The notes under the pieces are model-generated. The model was given only the letters and a program-made list of their open reading frames with translations. It was not told the DNA's origin and ran no database searches. Shown in pieces: positions 29,811 to 42,191 of a stretch of 64,000 nucleotides of DNA (positions are counted from its first letter, which is position 1; each line of letters begins with the position of its first letter). Made by a program: the position numbers and the translations under genes. The DNA comes from Macrostomum lignano. Lineage: Eukaryota. The stretch spans positions 124,001-188,000 of the forward strand of contig NIVC01002178.1 in the NCBI GenBank assembly GCA_002269645.1, given 5' to 3'.

Positions 29811-29945
29811 CCTCTTCACTCAAATGGTGCAGTGTAATCTTTTTGCTTCAGCATTAAATCAAACTGCAATATCTGCCATCTTTCTCCCTCCCTCAAAGCA
29901 ATGGAGCCTTCCTTCCTGCAGTGCTGCTTCGCAAACTGTGGCGTC

Positions 29946-29981
29946 CCCTGCCCCCAGCCAATCAGCTCTCTATCAGCCAAT
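29946..29981 (+). promoter_or_regulatory. Double CCAAT box upstream of Six1/2 copy A
   Basis: CCCTGCCCCCAGCCAATCAG plus a second CAGCCAATC about 19 bp downstream; about 290 bp upstream of the ATG. Confidence 0.45.
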
Positions 29982-30255
29982 CCCTTTCGCTCTCTCCTCT
30001 CCATTTCTTTCTCCTGCAGCGGAGCCGCCCCCCTCCCACCAACCTCCGGTCCCGAGCGCGAAGAGCAAAAACTTTTAAAATCCAAGCGTTTACGCCGGCC
30101 ATTGAAAAGCCTTGCAAACAAACCTGATAGCCTTCGCTTTGAAACTCGAGACAGCCGCTCTCTCGATCCTCAGGCTTAGACCAGGTAATCTTATCATCTC
30201 GGTGCTTGACAATAGCAACTAGGGTTGTCTGTCTGGCCGGTGCACAGGTGGAATA

Positions 30256-30926
30256 ATGATACAGGAGTTCGCTGGACCTGCGGTGCCCTACCACCATCAG
30301 CAGCAGCCGCCGCCTCCACCGCCGCCACCGCAGCAGCAGCAGCAGCAGCAGCAGCATCAACTGTCTCTGGGCTCTGGCGGATCCTTCGGCTTCACCCAGG
30401 AGCAGGTCGCCTGCGTTTGCGAAGTTCTTCAACAGAGCGGCAGCGTCGACCGTCTGGCCAGATTTCTCTGGTCGCTGCCGCAGTGCGACCAGCTGCACAA
30501 GAATGAGAGCGTCATCAAAGCCAAGGCCATGGTGGCCTTCCACAGGGGCAACTTCAAGGAGCTCTACAGGCTGGTGGAGAGCTACAGCTTCGCGCCGCAG
30601 AACCACGCCAGGCTGCAGGAGCTGTGGCTCAAGGCGCACTACATCGAGGCTGAGAAGCTGCGCGGCCGGCCCCTCGGAGCTGTAGGCAAGTATCGCGTCC
30701 GCAAGAAGTTCCCGCTGCCCCGGACCATCTGGGACGGCGAGGAGACCTCCTACTGCTTCAAGGAGAAGTCCAGAAATGTGCTGCGCGAGTGGTACACGCA
30801 CAACCCCTACCCGTCACCGAGGGAGAAGCGAGAGCTGGCCGAGGCAACCGGCCTCACCACCACCCAGGTGTCCAACTGGTTCAAGAACCGGAGACAGCGG
30901 GACCGGGCGAGTGACGTGAAGGACGG
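30256..30926 (+). CDS. six1/2: Six1/2 (sine oculis) copy A, exon 1: Six domain + homeodomain
   Basis: [17 protein letters not shown]...[37 protein letters not shown]...[12 protein letters not shown]; the ETSY tetrapeptide defines the Six1/2 class. Donor GG|GTGAGT at 30927, phase 2. Confidence 0.97.
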
Positions 30927-30959
30927 GTGAGTTGGGGATCCTTGTGGGCTCTCATGTCT

Positions 30960-31190
30960 CTGTCTGTCCACCCGTCTGTTCATTCCCGCTCCCAACCGTC
31001 TGTTCATTCCCATTCCCACTCTCTCCCGTCTGTTCATTCCCGCTCCCTCCCGTCTGTTCATTCCCGCTCTCTCCCGTCTGTTCATTCCCGCTCCAAACCC
31101 TCTGTTCATTCCCGCTCTCTCCCGTCTGTTCATTCCCGCTCCAAACCCTCTGTTCATTCCCGCTCTCTCCCCTCATCTCCGTTTCTTCAT
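30960..31190. repeat. ~24-bp minisatellite (CCGTCTGTTCATTCCCGCTCTCTC)n in Six1/2-A intron
   Basis: Tandem units. Confidence 0.9.
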
Positions 31191-31819
31191 TCCCATTCTC
31201 TCAGTCCCTATAACATTTGCACTTTGAGATGTGAACAATAGTTGAATATTCAATAAAGAAAATTGAAGGTTTTAAATAGCAAATTGGCTACGGTGCCAAA
31301 AGAAAAAGCGAGTGAGAGAAAGAGAGTGGGAAATTGCTGAGATGAACTGGTAAAATTTATGTTGCAAATATTTCATACGCCCCCCTGTATAACAAACGGC
31401 TTAAATCGGCATGGCAAGCAAGTATAACAAATGACGCTTTTGCCGCGCCATTACTTTCATGTGTTTTCTGTTTTGCTAACGCCTTCCCGTTAACTTTCTC
31501 AATCGGTTACAGTTGCTCCAGCGGCAGCTTAGTAGCGCCTAAGGTTTTTTGTAGCAAACTTACTTCTTTTGGTTATAATAATGTTAATGCGACTTCTCCA
31601 TTTCTCCGCTCGTTCTTGTCGCTTCTGAAAGCAGAATTTCTGCCTCAATTTTTCGTTGCAACAATTAAATATTCATTTGTTTATTTGCTTGACTTCATCT
31701 ATTGCCCAATATTTTCTTCATATAACTTTGCTTGTACGAGTGGAAGAGGTGAGAATGCACTAGAAGATTAAGACAACCCAGAAATTGCGTCAGTGGAGAA
31801 TCCCAAGGAGAAAAATACA

Positions 31820-32056
31820 GGGTAGAGATAGACAATGGAGAGATAGACAGGGGAGAGATAGACAGGGGAGAGATAGACAGGGAAGAGATAGACAGGGGTG
31901 AGATAGACAGGGGAGAGATAGACAGGGGAGAGATAGACAGGGGAGAGATAGACAGGGGAGAGATAGACAGGGGTGAGATAGACAGGGGAGAGATAGACAG
32001 GGAAGAGATAGACATGGGTGAGATAGACAGGGGAGAGATAGACAGGGAAGAGATAG
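31820..32056. repeat. 15-bp minisatellite (GAGATAGACAGGGGA)n
   Basis: About 15 units. Confidence 0.95.
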
Positions 32057-32664
32057 CCAGAGGCCTGTCTCAAGCCAGGATGAAGACCCCAAACAAGCAG
32101 GCAGCGGCACGAAAAGCAGAATCAAGTAGTGGCATGGAGTGAATCGGAGAAAAGGAAGCGCGCTACAATATTAACGAAAAAATGTTAATCAACCAACAGC
32201 CCCCACCCGGCACAAGCGAGGCCGCAGTCCCGACTGTCACTCTATACAATAAATAAAGCTGCGTGTTGAAGGCACCAACCGTTTCTCTGCCTGGCGCAGA
32301 GTGGCACGAAGTGGTCAAAATGCTCTCTTATATTTCGAGCCGTTGCTTGCGGTTACCGCAGCTCATAAATAAGGCTGAAATCGAGCAAACCGACCCACGG
32401 CTGAACTCGGCAAGATGACACCGAGAGGGTAGCCTGAGTTGTAGGGGGGGGGGGGGGTCATCCGAAACCGCGTAGGAGCAATCAGAGTGTTTAAAGTGAT
32501 TAAACTGTTTAATTAGCTATTTAAATTAGTGCCTTTTTATAACAAATCTGATATGCGAGTAGAAAACTTACTATGAAATAACTTTGTTTTGGGCACATTG
32601 GTTCGTTTTTCGACTACTTGGATGGCCGACCATAATTAGTAACGAGTTTAGTATTAGTAATGCA

Positions 32665-33160
32665 TATTCTATCTCTCCTCCGGCCATTATCTATCATTCA
32701 GTCTATTCTATTCTATCTCTCCTCCGGCCATTATATATCATTCATTCTATTCTATTCTATCTCTTCTCCGGCCATTATCTATCATTCAGTCTATTCTATT
32801 CTATCTCTCCTCCGGCCATTATCTATCATTCAGTCTATTCTATTCTATCTCTCCTCCGGCCATTATCTATCATTCAGTCTATTCTATTCTATCTCTCCTC
32901 CGGCCATTATATATCATTCATTCTATTCTATTCTATTCTATTCTATCTCTTCTCCGGCCATTATCTATCATTCAGTCTATTCTATTCTATCTCTCCTCCG
33001 GCCATTATCTATCATTCAGTCTATTCTATTCTATCTCTACTCCGGCCATTATCTATCATTCAGTCTATTCTATTCTATCTATCCTCCGGCCATTATATAT
33101 CATTCAGTCTATTCTATTCTATATCTCCTCCGGCCATTATCTATCATTCAGTCTATTCTT
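32665..33160. repeat. 44-bp minisatellite (ATCTCTCCTCCGGCCATTATCTATCATTCAGTCTATTCTATTCT)n
   Basis: About 11 units. Confidence 0.93.
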
Positions 33161-34099
33161 TTAATCTCTGTTCCTGATATTATATCTCAATGATTCTATT
33201 TCATTCTATCTCTATTCCTACGATTATTATCTCACAATTTCTATTTTAAATTCTATCTTTATTTCCGCCATTGTATCTCATTCATTCTATTCTATTCTAT
33301 CTTCATTTCTGCCAATATATCTCATTGATTCTATTCCTTTTCACCTCTATTCCTGCCACTATATTTCACTCTATTATTCAATTTTCTTCAATCCAATTTC
33401 TCCTGTTCAGAAGCCACAGTTACTGACCCTGTTTCGCATAGCATAGGTTATTCTGAATATTTAGATTTTGTTTAGGGCTGAATGAGGCAGGCTGGAAAGA
33501 GAAATACCTATAAATCAGATCATAAATCAGGTCAGAAAGCTTGACAGGCGCACACACAACAGCACACAATAGCAAACAGCACGCAGTCAGAGGACGGTCC
33601 CAGCGGTAACCAATGTCCGGGTCAATCTCAGGACAAAACCTTTACAGGGGAGGAGGAGAAGGAAAGTGAGAGAGCGAGAGAGGCGACCCAGATCCCGGAC
33701 CCGGTTGGCTGGCTTCTCCTATAGGGGATCCTCAGTCTGATTGCTGCGCCGTAGGCTGTGTGGCGCGGGGCTCAGCGATGCCACGGAAGTGAAACCTGAG
33801 CTCACAGCAATGCGCAGACCCGACATCAGTTACTCCCTATCGCAATTTTTTTCTAGAGAGAGAAAACAGGGACCGAAAGACAGGGGGGGGGACTGCGGCG
33901 CTTCTGCTTTGCTGGTCCCGCTATTTCCTGACACATTGTCCTCCAACCAAACCCCCAACCCGCCTGAACACCACCATTTCCGGACTACTGGTGTCGGAGC
34001 AACTTCTCAGCTGATTTATAACTTCTTTAATGGATTTCGGGAGCTTAAATTGGGATATTAAACGCGAATGTTAACTGACTGGCTGTGTGAACTAGCTGT

Positions 34100-34980
34100 G
34101 AGGATCTGAGGGAGCTGAGGGATCTGAGGGATCTGAGGGATCTGAGGATCTGAGGTAATCTGAGAGATCTGAGGTAATCTGAGAGATCTGAGGTAATCTG
34201 AGAGATCTGAGGTAATCTGAGAGATCTGAGGGATCTGAGGGATCTGAGGGATCTGAGGGATCTGAGGGATCTGAGGGATCTGAGGGATCTGAGGGATCTG
34301 AGGGATCTGAGGGATCTGAGGGATCTGAGGGATCTGAGGGATCTGAGGGATCTGAGGGATCTGAGGGATCTGAGGGATCTGAGGGATCTGAGGGATCTGA
34401 GGGAGCTGAGGGATCTGATGGATCTGAGAGATCTGAGGTAATCTGAGAGATCTGAGGGATCTGAGGGATCTGAGGGATCTGAGGTAATCTGAGGGATCTG
34501 AGGTAATCTGAGAGATCTGAGGTAATCTGAGAGATCTGAGGTAATCTGAGAGAGCTGAGGGATCTGAGGGATCTGAGGGATCTGATGGATCTGAGAGATC
34601 TGAGGTAATCTGAGAGATCTGAGGGATCTGAGGGATCTGAGGGATCTGAGGGATCTGAGGTAATCTGAGGGATCTGAGGTAATCTGAGAGATCTGAGGTA
34701 ATCTGAGAGATCTGAGGTAATCTGAGAGAGCTGAGGGATCTGAGGGATCTGAGGGATCTGAGGGATCTGATGGATCTGAGGGATCTGAGGGATCTGAGGG
34801 ATCTGAGGGATCTGAGGGATCTGATGGATCTGAGGGATCTGAGGTAATCTGAGGGATCTGAGGAAGCTGAGGGAGCTGAGGGATCTGAGGAATCTGAGGG
34901 ATCTGAGGAAGCTGAGGGAGCTGAGGGATCTGAGGGATCTGAGGAAGCTGAGGGAGCTGAGGGATCTGAGGAATCTGAGT
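34100..34980. repeat. 9-bp-based compound satellite (GAGGGATCT / GAGAGATCT / GAGGTAATCT)n
   Basis: Visible directly; explains ORF 34092..35015. Confidence 0.95.
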
Positions 34981-35900
34981 ATCAGAAAAAAATAGTACCG
35001 AGTAATGAAAAGCACCCAGCGCAGTCTACAGGAAGTTGCTGATACACAAAAAGTCGAGCACTGGATGAAGTTGCGCTCTTTTATTGGAAAAGATCAGCAA
35101 GGAGACCTGTCAGCTCGGCTCTCTTGGCCTGTCCGCACCACACAGATTTGAGGGACGTGGAGGGAAATACGGGAAGCCAAAAGAAGAGAGAAAGGGAAAG
35201 AGAAAGCGGGCAAACAGCGCGAAGCCCCTACGGTGGCGCAAGTTGTGTATTTTTGTGGCCCAGTGGCCTGCCGTCACCTGGGCCTCTTCTGTTTGTGTTC
35301 CATTCGCTCCGCCCCAGCCTCCGCGCCTCATCTCCGTCTCCATCTATCCCCGCACCCGGTCTCTGCGTCTCTCAGCTCTATAAGTTACGGTAGCGGGACA
35401 CAGTTTATGCTGATCCCAAGGATTCCAAGGGGATTCCAGTGGCCTGGGGAAGCCGTTAAAAATTGGCAGGCCGGTCAATTCCGGGAGCTCCTCCGCCTTT
35501 GCTGGCCGGGGGGGGGCGGCAGGCCACCACAAATAATCATTGCTGCATTGATGGGCGCAGGAAAGCAGATAGAGGCCAGATTAAACGGATGCTGACGGTA
35601 TTTTCTGGTGATTATGATGGGGCGGGAAAGAGTTTGGATTCTGTTTGGTATCTGGGTTGTGGATCGAGGCAGCCTCGAAATTTCCAGCCAGTGCAGCACC
35701 TGCGCCTGCATTTGCCTGTTCTTTCTAAGAAAAAAGTTTCTAAGAAATTCTAAGAGAACTCAGGCACTCATTCACACGCTCACAGAGGGTGTACAGCGGC
35801 CCTGACTTCCTAATCCTCAGGCATGTACAGTCTCTCTGTGGCTCGGGAGCTGGCCACCAGCGCCTTCCTCACCCAACCTAACCATCCACAATTTCAGCAG

Positions 35901-36624
35901 GGACGCGGGCAGCATGCTGGGCTCCGGAGGTGGCGGCGTAGGCGGCGGCCTGGCTTCCATGTCGGCCGACATGAAACGCGCCGACAGCCGGTCGTCTGAA
36001 AGCGGCGGCGGAGGCGGCGGCGGATGCGGCGGTGATGGCGGAGGCAGCGAGGAGGCCGCCAGCCCCCCAAGCTACCACCAGTCAGCTGCCGCCTACCTGG
36101 ATTACGGCCTCATGGGCCAGCCGCCGCCTCCGCAGCATCAGCAGCTTCATCTGCACTCCCAGCATCCCCAGCTCAGCTCAACTAACGCCAACCTGTCAAT
36201 CAGCGGCTCCTTCAGCAGCCCGAGTCCTTCGCAACTCGGACTGGGCAGCGGCAGCGGCGGCGGCGGAGTTGACTGCTATTCCAAGAATCTGCAGCAACAG
36301 CAGCAGCATCCCCAGCATCTTCTGCATCATCATCATCATCCCTACGGCGAGCCGGAGTCGCCTAGCGGCTACAAGAAGGCCGATAGCGGCGGCTGCTTGG
36401 AGTCGCCGAACTCGTCGGCAACTTCGGCTGGAGCGGCCGCAGCAGCCGCGGCCGCAGCAGCCGCCGCAGCAGCCGCCGCAGCGTCCGCCTTTGGCAACGG
36501 GGCGCACCACGGGATCGACCAGTTCCTGCCCGGAGGTCAGCATCACCACCCTCATCATCAGGCCCATCATCACCAGCCCCATCACCATCATATGCTGCAC
36601 CCCGTGCACCTCAGCGATTTTTGA
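35901..36624 (+). CDS. six1/2: Six1/2 copy A, probable exon 2: low-complexity C-terminus (polyG, polyQ, polyH, ~17 Ala)
   Basis: Acceptor atttcagcAG at 35899-35900. The phase-2 join (GG+G) is in frame with the GC-rich ORF ending TGA at 36622-36624; the spliced product is 464 aa. Linkage inferred from strand, phase and composition. Confidence 0.75.
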
Positions 36625-36789
36625 CAGCTTGAAAAATGCAATGTTGTTGTCGGTCTTGAATATCTGTTGCGGTTTAAATGTTCTTCTCCTCTCGTGCACA
36701 ATGGTTCAACTGTGAATATGGCTGCCTCTGTTCATTTCAGGCTGCGCCATCTGCAGCCCTTTTGTACTGCTTAATGGGTGTCGCTTTCA

Positions 36790-37245
36790 TCCGCTCTAAA
36801 CTTCATTCACCAGCTCTAAACTTCATTCACCAGCTCTAAACTTCATTCACCAGCTCTAAACTTCATTCACCAGCTCTAAACTTCATTCACCAGCTCTAAA
36901 CTTCATTCACCAGCTCTAAACTTCATTCACCAGCTCTAAACTTCATTCACCAGCTCTAAACTTCATTCACCAGCTCTAAACTTCATTCCCCAGCTCTAAA
37001 CTTCATTCACCAGCTCTAAACTTCATCCACCAGCTCTAAACTTCATCCACCAGCTCTAAACTTCATCCACCAGCTCTAAACTTCATCCACCAGCTCTAAA
37101 CTTCATCCACCAGCTCTAAACTTCATCCACCAGCTCTAAACTTCATTCACCAGCTCTGAACTTCATCCACCAGCTCTAAACTTCATTCACCAGCTCTAAA
37201 CTTCATCCACCAGCTCTAAACTTCATTCACCAGCTCTGAACTTCA
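36790..37245. repeat. 20-bp minisatellite (CAGCTCTAAACTTCATTCAC)n downstream of the Six1/2-A stop
   Basis: About 23 near-perfect units. Confidence 0.97.
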
Positions 37246-38224
37246 CCAAGACAGAAAATTTCACATATAACGACTAGAAATCCCGAAAGTTCCAACACGG
37301 GAAGTTTCGAGACTACGAAAGCGACACCACTCTCTGTTTAATTGCAGTCAATTTTCGTCTCTCTTGTCTCTCAACCTCGTCCCGCTCTCTCTCTCTACAT
37401 GCTTATCTCAGAACTTCAGAGGCGGACAAACTATTATTAATATTTTAACTTGTCTGTTTAGTTTTCTTTCCAACAAAGCATAAATTTCTGCTTCTGGCAA
37501 CTGTGTAAATAGACAAATTAACTACAATTTAACTTGAAGCCTCATGTGCGGCATCTCACAACGAATCGTGTAAACCAGAGAATGAAAATTTATACAAAAT
37601 CTGCTCTGCTAATGACTGCAAAGCATAACAGTTTAGTGTCTATATGTATTGTAGTTTAACAAAATATATTACATTCAATAACAATTCTCTTCATAGCAAC
37701 TGCCTATTGTCCAAAATGATTTGCATTTTCTTGTCTCGCTTATCGATCCTGCGCCCGAAAAATGTATTGATTTCTTGCATCGATCGGCTCAATCCTTAGT
37801 CAGGTATTGCTTTAATTTTTTCTCACAATGTCCTCCTTGCCTTCCATTGCCTGGAAGTAGGCGCAAAGAGGGAAGGACCCGGACAAGCCCCGCACAGAAT
37901 GAAGCTGGGGAAAGGGGGGCAGCTAGTGCAGCTCAAGATGAAGACGAGACAGCTCACAGGAGTATCAAATGTCAAGAGTGGGCGAAAAATCCCCCCAGTG
38001 CAGCAGTGAAGGGGATTTGCAAGGAGCGAAGGATGAGCAGACAAGTAGACATCACCCCTCACCCCTCAGCTTCTCAAGCGCAAAGTTGCCCAAATAAGAG
38101 TTGTTTGCTCACTTGAGCGAACTGCTGGGCTTGTGAGTCTAATCTGCTTTGTGAGCCTTTTGCTGAGGACAATCAGTGAGCATTCACGTCTGATAGGCAA
38201 TGAACCCGCTGTAGGGGAATCAGA

Positions 38225-38395
38225 TGTGTGTGTGTACTGGTGTGTGACAGTGGGTGTACTGGTGTGACAGTGTGGTGTACTGGTGTGTGACAGAGGGTGT
38301 ACTGGTGTGTGACAGTGGGTGTACTGGTGTGTGACAGTGGGTGTACTGGTGTGTGACAGTGAGTGTACTGGTGTGTGACAGTGAGTGTACTGGTA
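38225..38395. repeat. 22-bp minisatellite (TGGTGTGTGACAGTGGGTGTAC)n
   Basis: About 7 units. Confidence 0.9.
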
Positions 38396-40516
38396 ACTGT
38401 AATTTGCATTTGAATACAAAGGTGAAAAAACCCTTTCACCAGCAACGAATCAATTCAAAATCCAATTAGTAATTTTAAAAAGTGACCCTGAACCAATGTT
38501 TTGACGCTGTAGGCATTCCAATATTCCAATTTGCTTTTAGAAGAAGCAACAGGCACAAAAACAGCCGGGCGTCGTTAATCGAATTCAACACGAGTCGCCG
38601 AAGCGGTGCACGCGAAGGAGTTGACGAGAGACATCTGGGCGAGATTTTTTTCAAACAAAACATTAAGTCAGTGAGCTTTTTAACTAATTGTTTGAAGCTT
38701 AGAAATTTTTACATGCTTGGGCAGGTATAATTATCGAGAACAGTTTAAAACTGTTTCAGCAACATTCCATTCATTGTAGAAATTGAGTGTGCAGAGAGTA
38801 TCGGAGAGTGAAACCCACACTCCAGATTCCGCCGATTGTTCCTCATCAGTTCCCGAACTGGCTACCTGAAGTGTTTATGGCTGCCCCCGGGGCGCGTCTG
38901 CTGCAGGTGGTAGACTGATTGCGCAATCGTGCAATCCATGCATCCAGTCAAAGCAAATCGGGGTGGCGGTGGCAGAGCAAACAGGCTGGCACGCGTCAGG
39001 TATATGGCGTCACCGCGGCTGAGGGCGAGCCAGCGAAAGTGATACACAGTTTTTAAAGAGCCTTTCAGAATCAAAATCCAGACCTTCAACCTTGAAGCGT
39101 TGTTGGAAGGATAAAGTTTTTCAACGGAATCTCCCTCCTATATCGCTTGTGAAAGAAAATAAACACAGACTTAAGTTCGACACTGAACTGGGAGGGTGGA
39201 GCTGACGGGGTGTTGGAATATCACAAGGACCCCCCGCTGAGCAAAGCTGTTCAAGAGCCCGATTGAAGCGGCCGCCCTCTATTAAGAGCGCGATGAGCTG
39301 CGGAGCTATGAAATCGAGGGGGGAACAAGAGAAGCAAAGCGGGAGAGTTCGGGCGCGTGTCGCCTCGTGCTCGGCTCTTCAGAACAGCGGATAAGCGGGG
39401 AGATCTGCGACAGAGACAGGGAGAAGTGGGGTCACCTCGACAACAGGTTCGGTAAATTAGTTTTGGCCTTTCCTCCACTTTCTCCTTTGTCAGGCAGGCG
39501 TGGGCGCCGTTTAAACTCGATTTTAGCTGAGCAGCGTGTGAGCTGAACAGCTTCTCGCTTATCCTCACCTCCTCCCCTGTCGCTTCATCCACTCAATCCC
39601 GCGTGTGTGTTTTTTGGTTACCAGCCCTCACAGCTTGTGTGTCACTGGTGGGGGGCGAAGGCAGAATGGGCAGGCCTGAGAATCGAACACGCGACCGATA
39701 GAAGACAGAAACTGATGCTTGCAGCCATTGAACGAATATTTAGACGTGATGATTATGTGATGAGGATGATGACAGAGTTTTCAGCCGCGTGCGCGCCGGG
39801 GGCCGGGCAAATGTCGCAGACAGACAGACAAATGAAGCGACGAGCGGTGTCATGTTGCTCTCTGCATGCTCAAAAACTGTTTTGTGTTGCATAATTTATC
39901 TGATTAATGCCTCCATCCACGGCTTCACTGCACGCGGCATGTCGTGTTAAAAATAGAAAGTTAAAAAGAAGCTGTTTTCTTGTTGAATAGCAGACAGAAA
40001 ACCAACTGCATGTAGTGGTTTTGCCGAGTAGAATGAGGCAACTCCCTGCGGAGCTTTACTTCCTCTCTGTGACCTTTGCTTTTCTGCGGTTCGAATGCGC
40101 GTCTGTTGCTTTTCTTTGTCTTCGAGCAGTTTTTTTCCTGGCCGGCACCCGCCGATCCCCTGGAGACGGCGGCGGCGGCTCGCCTTGGCCCTCCTGGCAA
40201 CCAAATGCTCCAACGATCCAACACGACCTTCTTTGCATTCTCTGGCGTCATAAAGAAGACGCAAGTCGTTTAAAGATGTTTGACAGACAGAAGAAGCGCC
40301 GTTGCTTTAACGCGCAGTTGATTACCGAGGCTGGCTGAACCCGCACGCACTTGCTTGTCGTTCCTCTAAAAGCACTGGACGTTCAATTCGGAGGAAAAAT
40401 TGCTGACAATACACTCGGATAGGACTAATAGTAGTTTCTCAGTTCAGCAGGAGTTTGGTTGCGGTTAGTCACTCCTGAAGGCACCCTGCTCTACAGCTAG
40501 TGCTAAAGTGCTGCAT

Positions 40517-41022
40517 CAAGGGTCAGCGAACTCCGGCCCGCGAAGCCTTAATTCTATCCGGCCCTCGGGTCCTTTGACACTTCACAATAGCAACTCGGCC
40601 CGCTCAGGGCTTGTGTCTCTTCTCAGCTCTCTTCTCTGTCTCCTCTCTTTTCTTCCCTATTCTCTTCTCTCCTCTCGTCTCTCCTCTCTCGACTCTCTTG
40701 TCTGTCGTCTCTCGTCTCTCGTCTCTCCTCTCACGACTCTCTTGTCTCTCGTCTCTCCTCTCTCTCCTCTCTCATCTCTCGTCTCTCCTCTCTGTCTCTC
40801 GTCTCTCCTCTCTCTCCTCTCTCGTCTCTCCTCTCCTCTCTCGTCTCTCCTCTCCTCTCTCGTCTATCCTCCTCCTCTCTTCACCTGTATTCCCTCGCCT
40901 CTCCTTCTCCTATCTCTCTTCACCCTTCTCTATTCCCTCTCCTCTCTCCACTCCCCTGGCCCCGCAGTCATACGCTGGATTCTCTATCCGGCCCTTAAGG
41001 TAACAAAGTTTGCCGACCCCTG
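40517..41022. mobile_element. Old hAT-like (Charlie-type) MITE containing a CT-rich satellite
   Basis: Left end CAAGGGTCAGCGAACTCCGGCCCGCG and right end AGTTTGCCGACCCCTG are imperfect inverted repeats of the hAT CAGGGGTCGGCAAAC type; subterminal CTATCCGGCCCT occurs at both sides. The 8-bp TSD is not preserved. Confidence 0.6.
40610..40950. repeat. Pyrimidine-rich (CTCTCGT/CTCTCCT)n simple repeat
   Basis: Visible directly. Confidence 0.9.
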
Positions 41023-41423
41023 TTCTGTTCTACATGCACATCTAGATACTTTTCATACTGTTACTTGAATATTGAACCAATAGTACAGTTTACCACGTTG
41101 TAAACGTCAGTAAAAGTGCAAGTCTTGGCTCTTGTAAATGCCTAGATTGCATCATATAGCCATTAGGCAAAAAATAACATTGCGGTAAACTTCTGTATTT
41201 AATAAAAGACACAAGCGTGCTTTAGTATTCAGATCTGCTGGGACAGCTGCGATGGGGGAGTTACGGTGCTCAGGTTTAGCATGGCATCTTCATGGCTCTG
41301 TTCTACTCTCTTCTGAGTCTGGTCGAGTGGGGCACCGAAATGAAGGATAAATTATTATAAATCACTCCTTGAAAACTGCTTCGGCGCTGTTAGAGAAGCT
41401 GCGTTCCTTCATCAACGACAGAT

Positions 41424-42191
41424 TTAGAAGTCTGGAAGCAGCGCGGCTCGCTCCCAATGGCTCCAGCCGCCGAAGTCCGGCATGGCGCCTCCGCCCCCGC
41501 CGCCGCATTCACCACTGTTGGCCCCCAAGCCGCAGTACATCGTTGAGGAGGCGCCACCGCCACCGCCGCCGCATCCGTTACTGTCACCGCCAAAGCCGCA
41601 GCACATCATCATTGCGGGGCCGCTGCCGCCGCAGCTGCCTCCGCCGCTGTCGCTGCCGAAACCGCAGCACATCTCGGAGCCGTTTGAGCAGCCCGGCTGC
41701 ATGCCGAACTGCATGTCGCCTGACGCCAATGACATCTGCATCGGCCAGCCGCTGACCTGCTGCTGCATGCCGTCCAATCCGGCCGACTGCGCCATACCGC
41801 AGCAGCCAAGTGCGCTGCACATTCCGCCGTTGCCGACGCCGCCGTCTCCGCCAAACATCTCATTGGCGTTCGACTGTTCTGATCGGTCCTGCTGCTGCTG
41901 CTGCTGGAACTGCATCATTAGAAAGTCGTTTGGCGTAGCCATATTCATCTGGGGCATAAACTGCTGCTGTTGCTGCTGCTGTTGCTGTTGAAACTGCTCC
42001 ATCATGTTTTGCTGCTGATAGTCAGAGCCATAGTAGAACTGCTGCGGAAGCATCAGGGTGCTGGCAGGGTACTGTTGCATTCCTTGCGACGGAAATCCGT
42101 CGTTATTATCCACGTTGCAGCCTCCTCCGCTGCAAGCCCCGTTGGCGCACTGAAAGCTCAGTCCCTGATTGAAGTTCCACGGCGGTTGCAT
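41424..42191 (-). CDS. Intronless 255-aa Gln/Met/Cys/Gly-rich protein of unknown function
   Basis: ATG at 42191, TAA at 41426-41424. GC-rich coding-like codons against AT-rich flanks, CAG/CAA polyQ, and three M[CY]CG[FL]Gx[DN]S repeats. No recognised family. Confidence 0.7.
   Translation of the reverse strand: MQPPWNFNQGLSFQCANGACSGGGCNVDNNDGFPSQGMQQYPASTLMLPQQFYYGSDYQQQNMMEQFQQQQQQQQQQFMPQMNMATPNDFLMMQFQQQQQQDRSEQSNANEMFGGDGGVGNGGMCSALGCCGMAQSAGLDGMQQQVSGWPMQMSLASGDMQFGMQPGCSNGSEMCCGFGSDSGGGSCGGSGPAMMMCCGFGGDSNGCGGGGGGASSTMYCGLGANSGECGGGGGGAMPDFGGWSHWERAALLPDF

Noticed and set aside
29962-30801. Long antisense ORFs over the Six and Lhx exons (also 60015..60467, 2833..3210, 36196..36699)
   Set aside because: Shadow ORFs of GC3-rich coding sequence on the opposite strand or in other frames.
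40085-40100. GGTTCGAAT, resembling a tRNA T-loop
   Set aside because: No cloverleaf stems or A-box around it.
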